Shown piece by piece: positions 61,690 to 64,000 of a stretch of DNA of 64,000 nt (position 1 is its first letter; every line of letters begins with the position of its first letter). The notes beneath the pieces are model-generated. The model searched no databases and had not been told where the DNA came from. It worked only from the letters and a program-made list of their open reading frames with translations. Location of the stretch: positions 41,106,001 to 41,170,000 of the forward strand of contig OY740791.1 in NCBI GenBank assembly GCA_963514005.1. Direction: 5' to 3'. The translations under genes were made by a program, and so were the position numbers. This stretch comes from Raja brachyura. Its lineage: Eukaryota.

Positions 61690-63945
61690 TAAATAACACA
61701 CCTGTGAGAAAAGGTATTCCTCACTGTGATGAACAGGCACTCAGTCTTGACATAGTGGATGTCCGGAGGACCCTAAAAGGAGTGAACGCAGTAAAGGCAG
61801 CAGGCCCTGATAACATACCAGGGCGGGTGCTCAGGGACTCGATGGACCCGGTGGCGTGGTTCCCTGAGCAGACTGCCCAGCTTGTCTGGCAAAATGCCTC
61901 ATCGCCAGAACTCACCAACAAGCACCAAGACCTGGCTTGGCTGGCGGTGAGGGGAGCCCTCCCAGTCAGATCCTTCCTGCACCATCGGAACCTCACTACC
62001 AGCGCACGCTGCCCTCGGGACGGCTGCTATGGAGTGGAGACGGTTGCCCACCTCTTTGCAGAGTGTGGATTTGCCCAAAGAGTCTGGAGAAAAATGCAAG
62101 GGTCCCTGGTACGCTTTATTCCAAACAGCTCTGTCACAGAGGACTCTGTGATTTACGGACTGTTCCCAGGGACACATTCAGAGACTGACATCAAGTGCTG
62201 CTGGAAGGTTATCAACTCGGTGAAAGACGCTCTCTGGTCTGCCCGAGCTTTGTTCACCACCCAGCAGAGCGAGATGTCCGTCGGGGAATGTTGCCGACTG
62301 GCCCACTGCAGACTGCAGGAGTACGTACTAAGGGACGCACTGAAGCTCGGTGCAGCCAACGCCAAGGCTCGGTGGGGGAGGGCCACAGTCTAAGGTCCTT
62401 CCGCTGCTGGACATGGGGGGCACTGTATGGTGGAGACGCCCCTCAAAATAAGGGAAGGTATCCCATGCCGGGGGGCCACATGAGTGGCACGGGTGGGGGA
62501 TTAATTAGTAAAATTTGAAAAATGTATATAGACTGCATGGAAGAATTTGTATAGCCTCCGAAAATGTCGGATGGATTTTTCGCACGGTTGATGTATTGTA
62601 AATATTTATTACTTGAATAAAGTCTATTTTGAAATATAAAAAAAAAATAAAAAAATGTGCTGATCAGCTGGCACATGTCCTTACGGACATCTTTAACACC
62701 TCGCTGAACCAGGCTGTCGTCCCATCGTGTTTCAAGACTGCCACCATCATACCAGTGCCAAAAAAATCCAATATACAATGTCTCAACGATTACCGCCCTT
62801 TAGCACTCACTCCCATAATGATGAAGTGCTTCGAGAGGCTGGTCAGGGACTATATTACCTCCAGACTTCCCTCCACACTTGACCCATACCAGTTTGCTTA
62901 CAGGCCAAACTGCTTCACAGAGGATGCCATATCTTCCGTACTCCATCTGAGCCAGGAACATCTAGAGGAAAAGAACACTTATGTGCGAATGCTGTTCGTG
63001 GATTTTAGTTCAGCATTCAACACAATTATCCCTCAGCACCTGATGAGCAAACTGGTTCTATTGGGCCTCAGCACCCCCATGTGTAACTGGCCACTGGACC
63101 TCCTCACTGACCCCAGTCAGTGAGGGTTGGAAATAACACTTCTAACATCATCTCTCTGAGCACCGGCTCTCCTCAGGGCTGTGTCCTGAGTCCACTGCTG
63201 TTCACCCTGATGACTCACGACTGTTGTGCCAGGTTTAGTACAAACCACATCATGAAGTACGCAGATGACACAACAGTGGTGGGCCTCATCACTTCATAGG
63301 GACGATTATGAGCTGGCTTACAGGGAGGAGGTGAAACAACTGGTGGACTGGTGCAATATGAACAACCTGATCCTGAATGTCGAAAAAACAAAGGAGGTCA
63401 TCGTCGACTTCAGGAAAATCCGGCACAGTCCCACACCACTTCACATCAATGACAGCGATGTGGAGGTGGTCAGTAGCACTAAGTTCCTGGGGGTGCAGAT
63501 CACTAACAGTCTGACCTGGTCAAATAACATTTCATCAACAGTTAAGAGAGCGTAGCAGCAGTTGCACTTTCTGCACCAGTTGAGAAGAGCTCATCTCCCC
63601 CATCCCATCCTCACCACTTTCTACAGGGGCACCATAGAGAGTATTTTGACCAGCTGTATCTCTGTCTGGTTTGGGACTGTAAAGCCTCCGACTGGAAGTC
63701 CGTGCAGAGAGTGGTGAGGACAGTGGAAAAAATCATCGGGGCTTCTCTCCCCTCAATCGGGGATATTGCGACCAAACGTTGCGTGTCTAAGGTCAGCAGT
63801 ATTATAAAAGACCCCACACATCTCCATCATGGCCTGTTCACTCTGCTGCCCTCGGGCAAAAGATATCGTAGCATAAGGAGCAGAACATCAAGGTTCTGCA
63901 ACAGCTTCTTCCCACGAGCCATCAGACTCCTGAATGCCATGTAAC
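61690..63945 (+). mobile_element. Rex1/Babar LINE (RT to 3' end) interrupted by a Tx1 fragment
   Basis: KAAGPDNIPGRVLRD // [48 protein letters not shown]. Confidence 0.9.
61840..62655 (+). mobile_element. 5'-truncated Tx1-type (L1 clade) LINE
   Basis: KHQDLAWLAVRGALPV..CPRDGC..ETVAHLFAEC zinc finger; AATAAA and an A-rich tail. Confidence 0.85.
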
Positions 63946-64000
63946 GGGCTGCCACCATTGTCTATTTTATCCTTTTATCCATTTGTTTCCCATTTTAACC

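Overview
AT-rich vertebrate genomic DNA. The repeat content (HE1-type V-SINEs, CR1, Rex1/Babar, Penelope) suggests a cartilaginous fish such as a skate or ray; this is inference. Two host genes lie on the minus strand. One is a complete 5-exon DOK3-like adaptor (PH + IRS-type PTB + Tyr-rich tail, 532 aa, ATG at 43845, stop at 1393). The other is the 3' part of a HIPK4-like kinase whose N-terminal exons are beyond 64000. The 27.6-kb first DOK intron holds a 17.6-kb nest in which three large elements landed within about 35 bp of one CR1 tail: a Harbinger-like TIR element containing an L1, a Tc1 containing a 6.5-kb hAT, and a complete DIRS element containing a 1-kb TIR element. Other notable signals are a three-copy TIR family with 7-bp TSDs, about ten Penelope-derived hammerhead-ribozyme-like cores (one as a near-perfect palindrome), telomere-like repeats inside a TIR element, and six CCAAT boxes at 31-34 bp spacing. 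All calls come from reading the sequence by eye; boundaries of decayed repeats are approximate.
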